The notes under the pieces: generated by a model
Database searches by the model: none
What the model was told of the DNA's origin: nothing
Seen by the model: the letters and a program-made list of their open reading frames with translations, nothing else
Translations under genes and position numbers: made by a program
Source of the DNA: a virus
Strand: one strand, 5' to 3'
DNA length: 64,000 nucleotides
IMG/VR virus record: IMGVR_UViG_3300044797_000094
Coordinates: 12,388 to 76,387 of that record
Shown: piece after piece, positions 18,603 to 28,345 of the stretch
Position numbering within the stretch: position 1 is the first letter of the stretch
Layout of the letters: the number at the start of each line of letters is the position of its first letter

Positions 18603-19586
18603 CTAAGCCCGATAAATAATCTCGCTTCCTTTTGCGTTGATACGTATCGGAACTTCGGGGCAGCCCGGCAAAGCCGCGACGACGGACGCTCGTTTCTCGG
18701 GCGGAACGATGAACAAAAGGAAGCCGCCGCCTCCGGCCCCGAGAAGCTTTCCGCCCCATGCTCCGTGGCGAATCGCCGTTTCATAGAATTCGTCGATCTT
18801 TCCGCTTGAGATCCCGTCATCAAGCGTTTTCTTGCGAATCCATGTTTGATGCATGAGTGTTCCGAATTGATAAAACTCGCCGCCACGTAAAGCCGCCGCT
18901 CCGACGTCGACACATTCGTAAAGCTCTCGCAGAGTTGAAAGATTGTCGCCGATCTTGTCAATCTGCTTCGCGGCGATATCGCTCGCCCGCCTTCGGACGC
19001 CGGTGTAAACAAAAAGCAGATGCGACTCAAAATTGCGGATCAAATCGTCCGACAGATTCAGTGGATGAATGGAAAACTGTTCATGACCGCCAAATCGGAC
19101 GACATTCAGTCCGCCGTGCGATGCGGTAATCTGATCCTGATAGCCGACAGATTCACGGAGCGTCGTTCGCTCCACGTCAATCGCACATTCGGCAAGTCGA
19201 TGATTGCCGCCGACAATTCCGAGAAGGCCCCAAATCGTTCTCAGGAGCCCAACGACGAAGCTGGATGATGATCCAGTCCCGGAGAAGCTCGGCAAGTCGG
19301 CATGAAGGCTAAATTCGAGCCCGGACCGCAATCCGTGGAACTTGAGGATCTCGCGAAATGGCGTGTGTTCCATTTCCTCAAGTTCCTTCACGAGTTCGAC
19401 CTTGGAATAGGCGATGCGAAGCTTGTAGTCGAAAAGTTCCGGATTGAATCGACTCGCGGAAATGAAAATCGATTTGTCAATCGCCGTGGCGAGAACAGCG
19501 CCAGGTCCGTACTTCTCGAAATATTCCGGATAATCCGTTCCTCCGCCAAAAAAGCTGATCCGAAATGGAGTGCGAGAGATGATCAC
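18603..19586 (-). CDS. hddA: GHMP kinase, D-glycero-alpha-D-manno-heptose-7-phosphate kinase-like
   Basis: RTPFRISFFGGGTD, GTGSSSSF, GYQDQ, GGKLLGAGGGGF. Confidence 0.85.
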   Translation of the reverse strand: MIISRTPFRISFFGGGTDYPEYFEKYGPGAVLATAIDKSIFISASRFNPELFDYKLRIAYSKVELVKELEEMEHTPFREILKFHGLRSGLEFSLHADLPSFSGTGSSSSFVVGLLRTIWGLLGIVGGNHRLAECAIDVERTTLRESVGYQDQITASHGGLNVVRFGGHEQFSIHPLNLSDDLIRNFESHLLFVYTGVRRRASDIAAKQIDKIGDNLSTLRELYECVDVGAAALRGGEFYQFGTLMHQTWIRKKTLDDGISSGKIDEFYETAIRHGAWGGKLLGAGGGGFLLFIVPPEKRASVVAALPGCPEVPIRINAKGSEIIYRA

Positions 19587-20344
19587 GAAGGCTGCTTCCA
19601 ATGCTTCCAGTGCTTTGCAGTGAACTCGTCTGCGATTGCCAGAGATTCCGGCGTACCAATATCGATGAAATCGCCTTTGACGGGAATGACGCGAATCCGC
19701 GTTCCTAGAATCAGGCAGTTCGGAATCACAACTTCCTCAAAACTGACAGGAGACTCGAGAACACCTTTGCAGATCGGCAGTCCATCCGGAATGAATTCGA
19801 ACATTTCCGGTTTGATGAAATAAATTCCAGCGTTGATATAGCCGGGCGTCGATTCATTCTTTCGAATCGATCGCAACATCAGTTCCGCATTGAAGAGCAG
19901 CTTGCCAAATCGCGAACAATCCTCTTGCCAAGCGGCGAGCATCGAGATCCAGGCGTCGGACTGTTTTGGGATCGAGACGGCATATGGCAAGTCGTCGCTG
20001 ATCAGGAGTGAGTCTCCGTTGAAGACGATCGCTGAATGATCCTTGTATTGCTCCCAAGCGTTGCGGATCGCTCCGGCCGTCCCTCGCGGGGACCGCTCTT
20101 CGGCGACGTTCGTGAGCGGTGGCAAATCGAGCGTGTTCAAAATCTCGAACGCCTTTTCCCGTTGATAGCCGGTTGCAATCGCGGTTCTCTGAATTCCGAG
20201 CGACTTGATCTGCCAGAGCACACGCTGGATGAACGGATGGCCAGCGACTTCGATGAACGGCTTGGGGATGGTTGGATGCAAATGAGCGATGCGAGTACCT
20301 TTTCCGCCCGCAAGGACGATTGCGACGGGCTCATTCGAATCCAT
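19583..20344 (-). CDS. hddC: Sugar-1-phosphate nucleotidyltransferase, HddC-like
   Basis: LAGGKGTR, PKP, GTAGAI, NGDS, INAGIY, DIGTPES; coupled to hddA. Confidence 0.8.
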   Translation of the reverse strand: MDSNEPVAIVLAGGKGTRIAHLHPTIPKPFIEVAGHPFIQRVLWQIKSLGIQRTAIATGYQREKAFEILNTLDLPPLTNVAEERSPRGTAGAIRNAWEQYKDHSAIVFNGDSLLISDDLPYAVSIPKQSDAWISMLAAWQEDCSRFGKLLFNAELMLRSIRKNESTPGYINAGIYFIKPEMFEFIPDGLPICKGVLESPVSFEEVVIPNCLILGTRIRVIPVKGDFIDIGTPESLAIADEFTAKHWKHWKQPS

Positions 20345-20381
20345 AAATCAGCGACTTTCGGAATAATTGTCGATTTGGAAT

Positions 20382-20429
20382 AAATTGATGACGATTTCCA
20401 TTGACTGCTGATGAAAAGATAATTAGAAT
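20382..20429 (+). promoter_or_regulatory. Operator-like box plus promoter
   Basis: AAATTGATGACGATTT (20382-20397); TTGACT-N17-TAGAAT. Confidence 0.75.
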
Positions 20430-20494
20430 CTCTTTTAACGCATCGCAACGAAATCGTGGTGACGGATGCGGATTCTAAACAAAGGAGAGACGAA

Positions 20495-21241
20495 GTGGCA
20501 ACAACGCAGTTAATCGCTCATCGCGGTTCACGGATCGTGGAACGATCGGAAGTAGACGCTGTTGAACCGGTCGAAGGGACTGACACATGGGTGCCGACAC
20601 CTCATGGGTTTGTTTTGGAAACTGTCGAAACAATTTTGATGAACGCCGGATTCGGCATCGCGAAATCGCGGTATGCTTTGTCGAAAGATGACGCCAGGTT
20701 CTTCGGAACGCTTGATCTGACAAGTCCGATTTCGGAAGGCGTCTCTCTCGCTGTCGGAGTAAGGAACTCGATCGACAAGACGTTTCCGATTGGTCTTGTG
20801 GCAGGCTCAAGAGTCTTCGTATGCGACAATCTGGCCTTTAACAGCGATATCTACGTCAGCAAGAAGCACACACGATTTGGCAAGGAACGATTCGATGAAG
20901 GAATATCAAAAGCGTTGGTCGCATTGAGCCACTTCAAGACATTGGAGTCTCGACGGATCGAACATTATCGCAATTTCGAACTGACCGAGACGCAAGCGGC
21001 AGCGACTCTGCTTCATGGATTCGAGAACGGAATTCTGAGCACGCAACTACTGCCGATCGCACTCGAGGAATGGCGGAATTCGAAGCATGAGGAATTTAGG
21101 CCAAGAACCGCATGGAGCTTATTTAATAGCCTCACGGAAGCGGCGAAAGCGCGTGCCTTGAATCCGCAGAAGTTCGCGGCCATTACAATGAAAATGTATG
21201 GTCTAATCGATTCCGTGTGCGGCTTCAATGTCGCGGTCTGA
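20495..21241 (+). CDS. DUF932-family protein
   Basis: GVRNSIDK...GSRVFVCDNLAF...KHT...TAWSLFNSLTE. Confidence 0.8.
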   Translation: MATTQLIAHRGSRIVERSEVDAVEPVEGTDTWVPTPHGFVLETVETILMNAGFGIAKSRYALSKDDARFFGTLDLTSPISEGVSLAVGVRNSIDKTFPIGLVAGSRVFVCDNLAFNSDIYVSKKHTRFGKERFDEGISKALVALSHFKTLESRRIEHYRNFELTETQAAATLLHGFENGILSTQLLPIALEEWRNSKHEEFRPRTAWSLFNSLTEAAKARALNPQKFAAITMKMYGLIDSVCGFNVAV

Positions 21242-21310
21242 AGTCAATTCAACGTGGCCTCGTGTGATGTGAGGCCGCTCTTTCTGGTTGAAAACATTTT
21301 GGAGAATTCG

Positions 21311-22087
21311 ATGACTATGAGAATTGAAAATGGCTTTGTAATCGACGAACGAAACAATCGAGCAAGCATTCCTCAGTATGAATCGGAAGATGCCGCGAAA
21401 GCGGCTCTTGAAAGCTGCTCTGACTGCTCTGACTGCTCTGACTGCTCTGACTGCTATGGCTGCTCTCGCTGCTCTCGCTGCTCTCGCTGCTATGGCTGCT
21501 CTGACTGCTCTGGCTGCTCTGGCTGCTCTCGCTGCTCTCGCTGCTATGGCTGCTCTGGCTGCTCTGGCTGCTCTGACTGCTCTGACTGCTCTGACTGCTC
21601 TGGCTGCTCTGGCTGCTCTGACTGCTCTGGCTGCTCTGGCTGCTCTCGCTGCTCTCGCTGCTCTCGCTGCTCTCGCTGCTATGGCTGCTCTGACTGCTCT
21701 GGCTGCTCTGACTGCTCTGGCTGCTCTGACTGCTCTGACTGCTCTGACTGCTATGGCTGCTCTGACTGCTCTCGCTGCTCTCCAAAACAAATGTCCGAAG
21801 AGGCCCCAGTTATCGAAAAAATCCACAAAAAGATTTACGAAGCTGCGTCAGCTCCAGGTGCGTTTTGCATGAACGATTGGCATAAATGCAAAACAACACA
21901 TTGCCGAGCCGGATGGACAGTGGAGCTCGCCGGTGAGGCCGGTAAGAAATTGGAAGAGCGAACATCGACGCTGTTCGCGGCAATGCAAATCTACAAGGCA
22001 TCTGGATATCTGATATCTCCATGTCGATTCTTCGACAGCGACGAGAAGGCAATGGAAGACATGAAACGGCTGGCCGAACAATCCTGA
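21311..22087 (+). CDS. Cys-X-X repeat protein with C-terminal WH-C-TTHCRAGW domain
   Basis: 41 CxX units; C-terminal domain resembles that of phage pentapeptide-repeat proteins. Confidence 0.75.
   Translation: MTMRIENGFVIDERNNRASIPQYESEDAAKAALESCSDCSDCSDCSDCYGCSRCSRCSRCYGCSDCSGCSGCSRCSRCYGCSGCSGCSDCSDCSDCSGCSGCSDCSGCSGCSRCSRCSRCSRCYGCSDCSGCSDCSGCSDCSDCSDCYGCSDCSRCSPKQMSEEAPVIEKIHKKIYEAASAPGAFCMNDWHKCKTTHCRAGWTVELAGEAGKKLEERTSTLFAAMQIYKASGYLISPCRFFDSDEKAMEDMKRLAEQS
21416..21784 (+). repeat. 9-bp coding tandem repeat, ~41 units
   Basis: Units TGCTCTGAC, TGCTCTGGC, TGCTCTCGC, TGCTATGGC. Confidence 0.95.
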
Positions 22088-22193
22088 AAGGAAACCGGAA
22101 TATGGACGCTCATCATTACTTCTGCGGAACACTGGTCGTGTTCACGCTTGGTTATTTGTTGTGGCTGTTTGATTGTGTGTGACAGGCAAAATA

Positions 22194-22529
22194 ATGATTC
22201 ATCACAGAAAATGCTGGGCCTGCGGAAATATCGCGGAGCATACGGACAATGTCGTTCCGGCGGTTCTCTGTAAGAAATGCGGATCTCAAGACACGCGACC
22301 GCTCCGGAACTTTCGCGATGAGAAGCCAGAAGTGTTAAAGAACGACGGCCTGCAAAATCTAGCACTGCTCCTCAATGAGCAAATCCAAAAACTGAGAAGT
22401 CTGCAACGAGTGGACGTCGGTTGTTGGGGCGACGGAGGAATCGACGTCAATGAACGTGGCAATGGCGAATACGTCCACTACCTGGACCTGGATTCGGTCA
22501 TTCAGGAAATGGAAGAGAGGGCGAAGTGA
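22194..22529 (+). CDS. Zn-ribbon hypothetical protein
   Basis: CWACG...CKKCGS. Confidence 0.55.
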   Translation: MIHHRKCWACGNIAEHTDNVVPAVLCKKCGSQDTRPLRNFRDEKPEVLKNDGLQNLALLLNEQIQKLRSLQRVDVGCWGDGGIDVNERGNGEYVHYLDLDSVIQEMEERAK

Positions 22530-22756
22530 GCAGTCCATGCGTCGTCGAATTCCGAGGCCAACAAGCCAAAATCGACTTCCACTGGGTCTTTCCATATCCC
22601 TGGCCAAGATGGCTGGAAGACATCGAAGTTGAATGGAACTTCAGCGAGATCGGAATGGAGAAGTCCGAGTTGAATGTGACGCCCGAGGAAGACTTGGCAA
22701 TCAAATCGGCATGTATGGAACATGCGTACGATCAATCTTTAACGAATGCGTGGTGA
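22526..22756 (+). CDS. Hypothetical protein
   Basis: Coupled ORF. Confidence 0.5.
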   Translation: MSSPCVVEFRGQQAKIDFHWVFPYPWPRWLEDIEVEWNFSEIGMEKSELNVTPEEDLAIKSACMEHAYDQSLTNAW

Positions 22757-22937
22757 ACCTGTGCCACTTTCAAAAGAACAATTGGAAACGCGTCTAGATT
22801 GGATCGAAGGCCTGATCACAAAAGAGCGGGACGAAAAGAATCTGCCATATCTCAACGCGACCTATCAAAAGCTGATGGACAAACTCGTCCAGATCGATCT
22901 TGCGGAAGAAGACAGACGAAAGGCCATCCCTAAATGA
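22746..22937 (+). CDS. Hypothetical protein
   Basis: Coupled ORF, helical. Confidence 0.45.
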   Translation: MRGEPVPLSKEQLETRLDWIEGLITKERDEKNLPYLNATYQKLMDKLVQIDLAEEDRRKAIPK

Positions 22938-23617
22938 AGAAAACATTCGCCATATTCTCGAATGTTCGAACGACTCGCTTCATGCAAGCGGCGAACGTTT
23001 TCGAGAAGTTCAAGGTCATCGGCATCCATGCGGTTCTGACGTTCGACGACGGAATAGATCCGGCCGACTCATCACGAAAGCTGTTCGACAAATGCAAAGG
23101 CCAGCCATTTCAACTGGTCGCGTGCTTCGACTTCGATGAAATCTACTTCCGCGACGAGACAGTCAAGGCCGTCAGCGATGGCGATCGATGGGAAACGCTC
23201 GAAGATTTGATTGAACGGAAGCAGTCGGCGAATCCGCTGAGAATAGAAAAAGAAAGCGTGCCTAAACGCGATGCGAGTGATGATTCACGGGACGGTTGTC
23301 GATTATCAACTGTAAGCACGTTTTCGAAAGGCAATGGCATGAAATTCAGAAAATGGGACGTGACGATTGAACGCGGAAAATACATCGACGGAAACAGGAT
23401 GTGCTTGACACTCCTCGACGAGAATACCGGCGAGAAAATCGCGGTGGCAACCGTGAATCTGCCGGATCAACCCCTGAAGGAAAATGAAGTCTTCATCAAT
23501 GACTACAGCGAAAACCACGGAATGCTGGAATTCCTGGAATCCAACGGCATCGTCAAATCGACTGGAGAATTCATCAAGTCTGGATACGTCATGATTCCGA
23601 AGTGCGTGCTGCTATGA
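22934..23617 (+). CDS. Hypothetical protein, C-terminal DUF4313-like domain
   Basis: ATVNLP...VFIND...LEFLESNGI...SGYV. Confidence 0.6.
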   Translation: MKKTFAIFSNVRTTRFMQAANVFEKFKVIGIHAVLTFDDGIDPADSSRKLFDKCKGQPFQLVACFDFDEIYFRDETVKAVSDGDRWETLEDLIERKQSANPLRIEKESVPKRDASDDSRDGCRLSTVSTFSKGNGMKFRKWDVTIERGKYIDGNRMCLTLLDENTGEKIAVATVNLPDQPLKENEVFINDYSENHGMLEFLESNGIVKSTGEFIKSGYVMIPKCVLL

Positions 23618-23639
23618 AATGATCTGCGACATTCAGTCG

Positions 23640-23677
23640 AGCCTTCCTGATTCATGGTTGGGAAGGCTTTTTCTTTT
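23640..23677 (+). terminator. Intrinsic terminator
   Basis: AGCCTTCC-loop-GGAAGGCT followed by a T tract. Confidence 0.7.
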
Positions 23678-23745
23678 GGCGTTGTCGAAAAATTAGAAAT
23701 CTCGGATAACCTCTCTCGCAATGACTTTCAATGCGAGGAGCGTAA

Positions 23746-23979
23746 ATGTTGATCAAGAAAAAAGGGATGGAAGGCCAAAGGGCGAAACGTTCCTACGTGC
23801 CGTGGTACCTTCTCGAAGTCCCCGCTCCACGCTGTCCAATTCATGGCTGCATCTGCCAAGTCGATCACACTGAAAACCGATCTGACGGCAGCGTGATTCA
23901 GTACCGCTATTGCGTCCATGAGGATTGCCCGACCTCGATGAAGACGGTGATCCCCGCTCCGACGTCTGTGATCAAATAG
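23746..23979 (+). CDS. Ogr/Delta-like Zn-finger protein (possible late activator)
   Basis: CPIHG...YRYCVHEDC..SMKT; directly upstream of the head genes. Confidence 0.5.
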   Translation: MLIKKKGMEGQRAKRSYVPWYLLEVPAPRCPIHGCICQVDHTENRSDGSVIQYRYCVHEDCPTSMKTVIPAPTSVIK

Positions 23980-24071
23980 CGATCGACTCTATTGTCACAA
24001 TTCCAATCAATTGGAAAACTCCCTCCCATTGCCGTATCGGCATTTTATCTCAATCCGTCTAATCAGACCGC

Positions 24072-25508
24072 ATGAGTGCGGGCCAATCTTTACCGAGACG
24101 TAGAACGGCAGGTTGGCTGTACTCCATCAAGGCGGAAGGCATCTCGCCGAATTCCTTGATGCTCGACCATGTGGATTCAGTTCCGCCTTACGTCGATCAA
24201 CAGAAAATGAGCGTTCGGGCCAGAATCTCGAACGCGGCGATTGATCGAGTCGGCGACGTGCTGGTTCCACGTGGATGCCAGGTCGAAAATTACAGACTCA
24301 ATCCTGTCGTACTGTGGAACCACGGACTCGATCCATCGCTCACCAAACCGCTCGGAATGTCTGAAGACGAAGATGGCAATCTTTCTATTGAGATTACTGA
24401 CGACGACGTATTTGCAACGTGCTTTTTTAGCCAAAAAGACGCCGATGCCGCTCAGTTTTTCTCTCTCATCGCAGAAAAAATCATCAGGGCCACAAGCGTT
24501 CGGGAAACGCCCGTGGAAGGGTTTTCGAAAGACGTTTGGCGGAATGGTCAACGCGTTAAGCAGGTTGGTCGGTGGGATCTCGAAGAGTGGTCGTTTTGTT
24601 CTGTTGGGGTCAATCCAGAGGCTATCGCGAAATGCCTTTCTCGTAATCGACTTGACGGAAGGCGAATCTCGGAACCGATTTACAAATCTCTTTCAGCGGT
24701 CGCTCCCAAGCCACAAAAACCCGGCATCGGCTTTGATTTGAAGGAAACGCCAATGGTCGAAAAACTTCGCATGCCGAACGACATGGACGACGACGGGGAA
24801 GAGAAGGATGTCACAAAAATGAACGGCCCAACCGACGACAACGACAAAAAAGACCCCGGAGAAGTTCCCGCCGACCAAGCACGTGGAACCGACGTGGAAG
24901 ACGATTCGGACGATGACGAGGACACGACGCAAATCGCTCCTGAGCCCGAGCCCGGCGGAGACCCGAGCAAGCAACCGTATGGCTCGCAAGTCATCAAATG
25001 CCTCCACGGTGCCCTCAAGTCCGCCTGCAAGGCGACGAATGAATGCCTCGGACCGCAATTGGAACACCAAGGCGTCAAAGACGACGTCGGAGCGGTCAAT
25101 GATGTAATGAAGGGCCAGATGAAAGCGTTGGAAGGTTCCCACCTGAAGCACTATCCAGCAATGAAATGCGACCTGAAGTCCGACGACATGGATGGCGACG
25201 ATGACGAAGAATCCGGCGAAGACTCGACCGGCGATTCCGACATGAAGGCGTTTCTGGCCGGAGCGACAGGACGTCAACATCAGATCTTCGGTGTGGCTCA
25301 TCGCCTGAAAGAACTGTCGAAGTCAAAATCATTGACAGTCGCCGAACGCCGAATGCTCAAGTCCGACATCGAACATCTTGATTGGTTGATGGACCAAGCC
25401 AAATCCCAGGCCAAGGCAATCGCCAAAGCGGCGAGAAAGAAGCCGAGCACGAACGAGGCTCAACGCCTCAAAGCCCTCGAAGACCGATTGAACAAAGCCC
25501 TGTCCTGA
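24072..25508 (+). CDS. HK97-family prohead protease with acidic C-terminal extension
   Basis: DRVGD, NPVVLWNH, ATSV, LEEWSFCSVGVNPEA. Confidence 0.85.
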   Translation: MSAGQSLPRRRTAGWLYSIKAEGISPNSLMLDHVDSVPPYVDQQKMSVRARISNAAIDRVGDVLVPRGCQVENYRLNPVVLWNHGLDPSLTKPLGMSEDEDGNLSIEITDDDVFATCFFSQKDADAAQFFSLIAEKIIRATSVRETPVEGFSKDVWRNGQRVKQVGRWDLEEWSFCSVGVNPEAIAKCLSRNRLDGRRISEPIYKSLSAVAPKPQKPGIGFDLKETPMVEKLRMPNDMDDDGEEKDVTKMNGPTDDNDKKDPGEVPADQARGTDVEDDSDDDEDTTQIAPEPEPGGDPSKQPYGSQVIKCLHGALKSACKATNECLGPQLEHQGVKDDVGAVNDVMKGQMKALEGSHLKHYPAMKCDLKSDDMDGDDDEESGEDSTGDSDMKAFLAGATGRQHQIFGVAHRLKELSKSKSLTVAERRMLKSDIEHLDWLMDQAKSQAKAIAKAARKKPSTNEAQRLKALEDRLNKALS

Positions 25509-25565
25509 CCCGTGGCCGATTGAAGGCCCAGGTTTCACGACCACGATCAAAAGGAATGAATCAAC

Positions 25566-26951
25566 ATGGCTGATCTCGCAACCCTCGAAACTCGCGTCGA
25601 AGACCTCGTCAAGAAGAACGAGGCATTGGCGTCGGAAAATAAGTCCTTTAAGTCGCAAATCGATAAGCTTGCGGAAACTCCAAATCATGCCGGAATCCAT
25701 GCGGCCCCCGGCGTCACATCGTCCTTCGACGACAACGACGTCGAATCCGCCACGCTCGTCTACGATTTCACGTCGTCGTATCGCGGGAATATGGCGACCC
25801 AGACCGGCGGACAAACTCGATCAGACCGGCATACGGCGATGAAGTCGATCTGGAAAACTCTGAAATCCAGTGGATATCAGCGATGCGGCGCGACGGGATC
25901 AGGCTTCAAGAGCTTTAAGGATTTCGTGCTCCAGGGACTCGAAGACAACGGGCGCACTCAGGGCTTCCGCGACAACTACAAAAAGCACATGGATCCTGTC
26001 TTCAAGACAATTCAGGGGATGTCCGAATCCATCGGCACTGACGGTGGATTTGGCGTGATTCCTGAATTCAACCTGAAGATCCATGAGCACGTCTACGCAA
26101 ATAATCTTTTCGCCCGCACTGACGGCTATACCGTTTCCGGCAACAACATGACGTTTCTGGCGAATGCTGAAACGAGCCGAAAAACGGGCTTCCGGGCTGG
26201 CGGCCTGCAAGCCTATTGGACGGGTGAAGGTTCTTCGATCACCCCGAGCAAGCCGACGATCCGCGAAATCCAGATGAAGCTGCAAAAGCTGGCCGTCGTG
26301 GTCTATCTGACGGATGAGCTTCTCAAGGACAATGCGATTGCCCTGGAGCAATACGTCACCCGCAAGGTGTCGGACGAATTCGCGTGGATGATGGGCAACA
26401 GCCTGTTCAACGGAACCGGCGCTGGTCAGCCGCTCGGAATCATCAACTGCCCGAGTCTCCTGGTCATCGCGGCGGTCGGAGGCCAATCAACGCTCACGAT
26501 CGTCAGCGGCAACATCATCACGATGCAAAACCGCCTGTTCGCTCCCTATATGGAAAATGCAAGCTGGTTCGTGAATCAAGACACGATTCAACAGTTGATG
26601 CAACTCACGTTGGCTACTGGAACGTATTCCGGTCAATTGGTCTACATGCCGCCGACAGGGTTGGCGGGATTGCCTTACGGAACGCTGGGTGGTCGGCCTG
26701 TCGAGCCGATCGAATTCGCGGCGAGCCTCACGACTCAGGGCGATATCACATTGGCTGATTTGGGTCAAATCATCTCGATCACGAAAGGTGGAATTCAGCA
26801 GGCGGTTTCCATGCATGTGGAATTCCTGACCGATCAGATGGCGCTGAGATTCACGATGCGACTCAATGCTCAACCGTGGGAGAACAGCCCGATCACTCCG
26901 GCAAACGGCACGAACACTCAGTCCAGCTTCATTCAATTGGCTTCGCGATAA
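25566..26951 (+). CDS. Major capsid protein (HK97 fold)
   Basis: Coiled-coil delta domain, DGGFGVIPE, WTGEG, TDELLKD, GTGAGQPLGI, LGGRPV. Confidence 0.92.
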   Translation: MADLATLETRVEDLVKKNEALASENKSFKSQIDKLAETPNHAGIHAAPGVTSSFDDNDVESATLVYDFTSSYRGNMATQTGGQTRSDRHTAMKSIWKTLKSSGYQRCGATGSGFKSFKDFVLQGLEDNGRTQGFRDNYKKHMDPVFKTIQGMSESIGTDGGFGVIPEFNLKIHEHVYANNLFARTDGYTVSGNNMTFLANAETSRKTGFRAGGLQAYWTGEGSSITPSKPTIREIQMKLQKLAVVVYLTDELLKDNAIALEQYVTRKVSDEFAWMMGNSLFNGTGAGQPLGIINCPSLLVIAAVGGQSTLTIVSGNIITMQNRLFAPYMENASWFVNQDTIQQLMQLTLATGTYSGQLVYMPPTGLAGLPYGTLGGRPVEPIEFAASLTTQGDITLADLGQIISITKGGIQQAVSMHVEFLTDQMALRFTMRLNAQPWENSPITPANGTNTQSSFIQLASR

Positions 26952-27016
26952 TCCTCGCGGTTTCGATGGTTTTTGACTCGGATCACAAAACGCGGCGAGT
27001 CCGCAAAGGATGAAAC

Positions 27017-27535
27017 ATGTCCGATTTCAATCATGAGTTCAGCGAAATCGCGGATATCATTCCGGCGTTTGTCCCTGTCAATCTGTCGACGGGCAGCAAT
27101 GCCGGACAATGGGTCAACATGAGCAAGATCCAGCGCCTTGTCATCGTGTTTTTTAAGGGGGCTGGCATCACCGGCGACGATCCGCAGATTCAGGTCTCAC
27201 AAGCGACGAACAACGCTGGAGCGAACGCCAAGGCACTGAACTTCAATCGAATCCGCACAAAACAGGGCGGAATAAGTTCGAATTCCCAGTACACGTTGAC
27301 GACATGGACGCAGGGCTCAAGCAGTTCGACCCAAACCGGAGCGGCGGGAGCGCCTGATTTGGCGGTCATTGAGGTCCAAGCGTCCGACCTTGACGGCAAC
27401 AACACGACGGTCGGACCGTACAACCACGTCCTCATGACCGTGGGCCAGACGAATTCGACTCAGTACGGTTGCGGCTTCTACATCGCCTATGGATACCGAT
27501 ATCCGCAATCAATCCTGCCGTCGAATATCAGCTAA
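27017..27535 (+). CDS. Putative head decoration protein
   Basis: Beta-rich 172-aa ORF directly after the capsid gene. Confidence 0.55.
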   Translation: MSDFNHEFSEIADIIPAFVPVNLSTGSNAGQWVNMSKIQRLVIVFFKGAGITGDDPQIQVSQATNNAGANAKALNFNRIRTKQGGISSNSQYTLTTWTQGSSSSTQTGAAGAPDLAVIEVQASDLDGNNTTVGPYNHVLMTVGQTNSTQYGCGFYIAYGYRYPQSILPSNIS

Positions 27536-27591
27536 TCGAATCGGGGCGGCAATGTGCTCGCCCAATCGTTGTTCTTGCGTGAGTTGAAATC

Positions 27592-28107
27592 ATGGCCGAA
27601 GACAAAAACAATTCCGAACGAGTCCGACTGGCCCGTGAAACCTACATCGCGATGCTCGCCCACGGTGGCGGCCACGCGAATCCGACCGATCTGGCGACGC
27701 GGTGCTTCCATTATGCCGATGCGTTCATGGAAGTCGAACTTCGGGACGCCTGCGGCGAACTTTCCGGACCGGAAGATTTGAATCCGCTCGACGATGCGTT
27801 TGCCCCGAACGTCCCGAACGCCTTGAAGCATCCCGTGAACATGATCTCGAAAGCGGCAATGAGAGCGGGAGAGACCCCTGAGACCGTGGTCAATCGGGTC
27901 GCGAAGCATTGGGAAAACGTCAAGAATCTTCGCCGAGAACAGTTTAGCGACATGCCGCGTGATGCCGTGGTCTATGCCGAATTGGACTGGCGGCTTGAGC
28001 AACTGACGCAGGCCCAATCGATCTGGCCGGCATTCCTGGCGAAAGCCGAGAAGCTCCAACAGAAGGCGAAGGACCGCAAAGGCGTGGCGAAAACCCTGGC
28101 CAAATGA
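27592..28107 (+). CDS. Hypothetical protein
   Basis: ORF in the head module. Confidence 0.6.
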   Translation: MAEDKNNSERVRLARETYIAMLAHGGGHANPTDLATRCFHYADAFMEVELRDACGELSGPEDLNPLDDAFAPNVPNALKHPVNMISKAAMRAGETPETVVNRVAKHWENVKNLRREQFSDMPRDAVVYAELDWRLEQLTQAQSIWPAFLAKAEKLQQKAKDRKGVAKTLAK

Positions 28108-28114
28108 GGATTGA

Positions 28115-28333
28115 ATGACCCCCGGACAAATCTCCTACGAAGCCTGGTGCGCCGTTCATGACGTGAATGAGCCATATCCGCATCCATCATGGGATAAAGT
28201 CCCCGCGAAAGCACGGGCGGCATGGGAAGCGGTGGCGTTGGCAAATCAGTCGACGTCCGATGCATCCGTCGTCGCGCAAGTCGACGCGACCGTTGAAAAG
28301 GCTGTCGACGCGGCATTGAAGGCGAAGAAATAA
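28115..28333 (+). CDS. Hypothetical protein (PGQIxYEA family)
   Basis: GAGGA RBS; similar to 51107..51400. Confidence 0.6.
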   Translation: MTPGQISYEAWCAVHDVNEPYPHPSWDKVPAKARAAWEAVALANQSTSDASVVAQVDATVEKAVDAALKAKK

Positions 28334-28345
28334 TGAGGCGATGCC

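Noticed and set aside
21416-21784. Tandem repeat as the CRISPR array for the type IV-B genes
   Set aside because: 9-bp units with no spacers, in frame within a protein.
21203-21872. Alternative-frame ORFs (ARA, SSQ and ALA repeats)
   Set aside because: Stop-free by-products of the 9-bp repeat; only the Cys frame has an RBS and sensible flanking domains.
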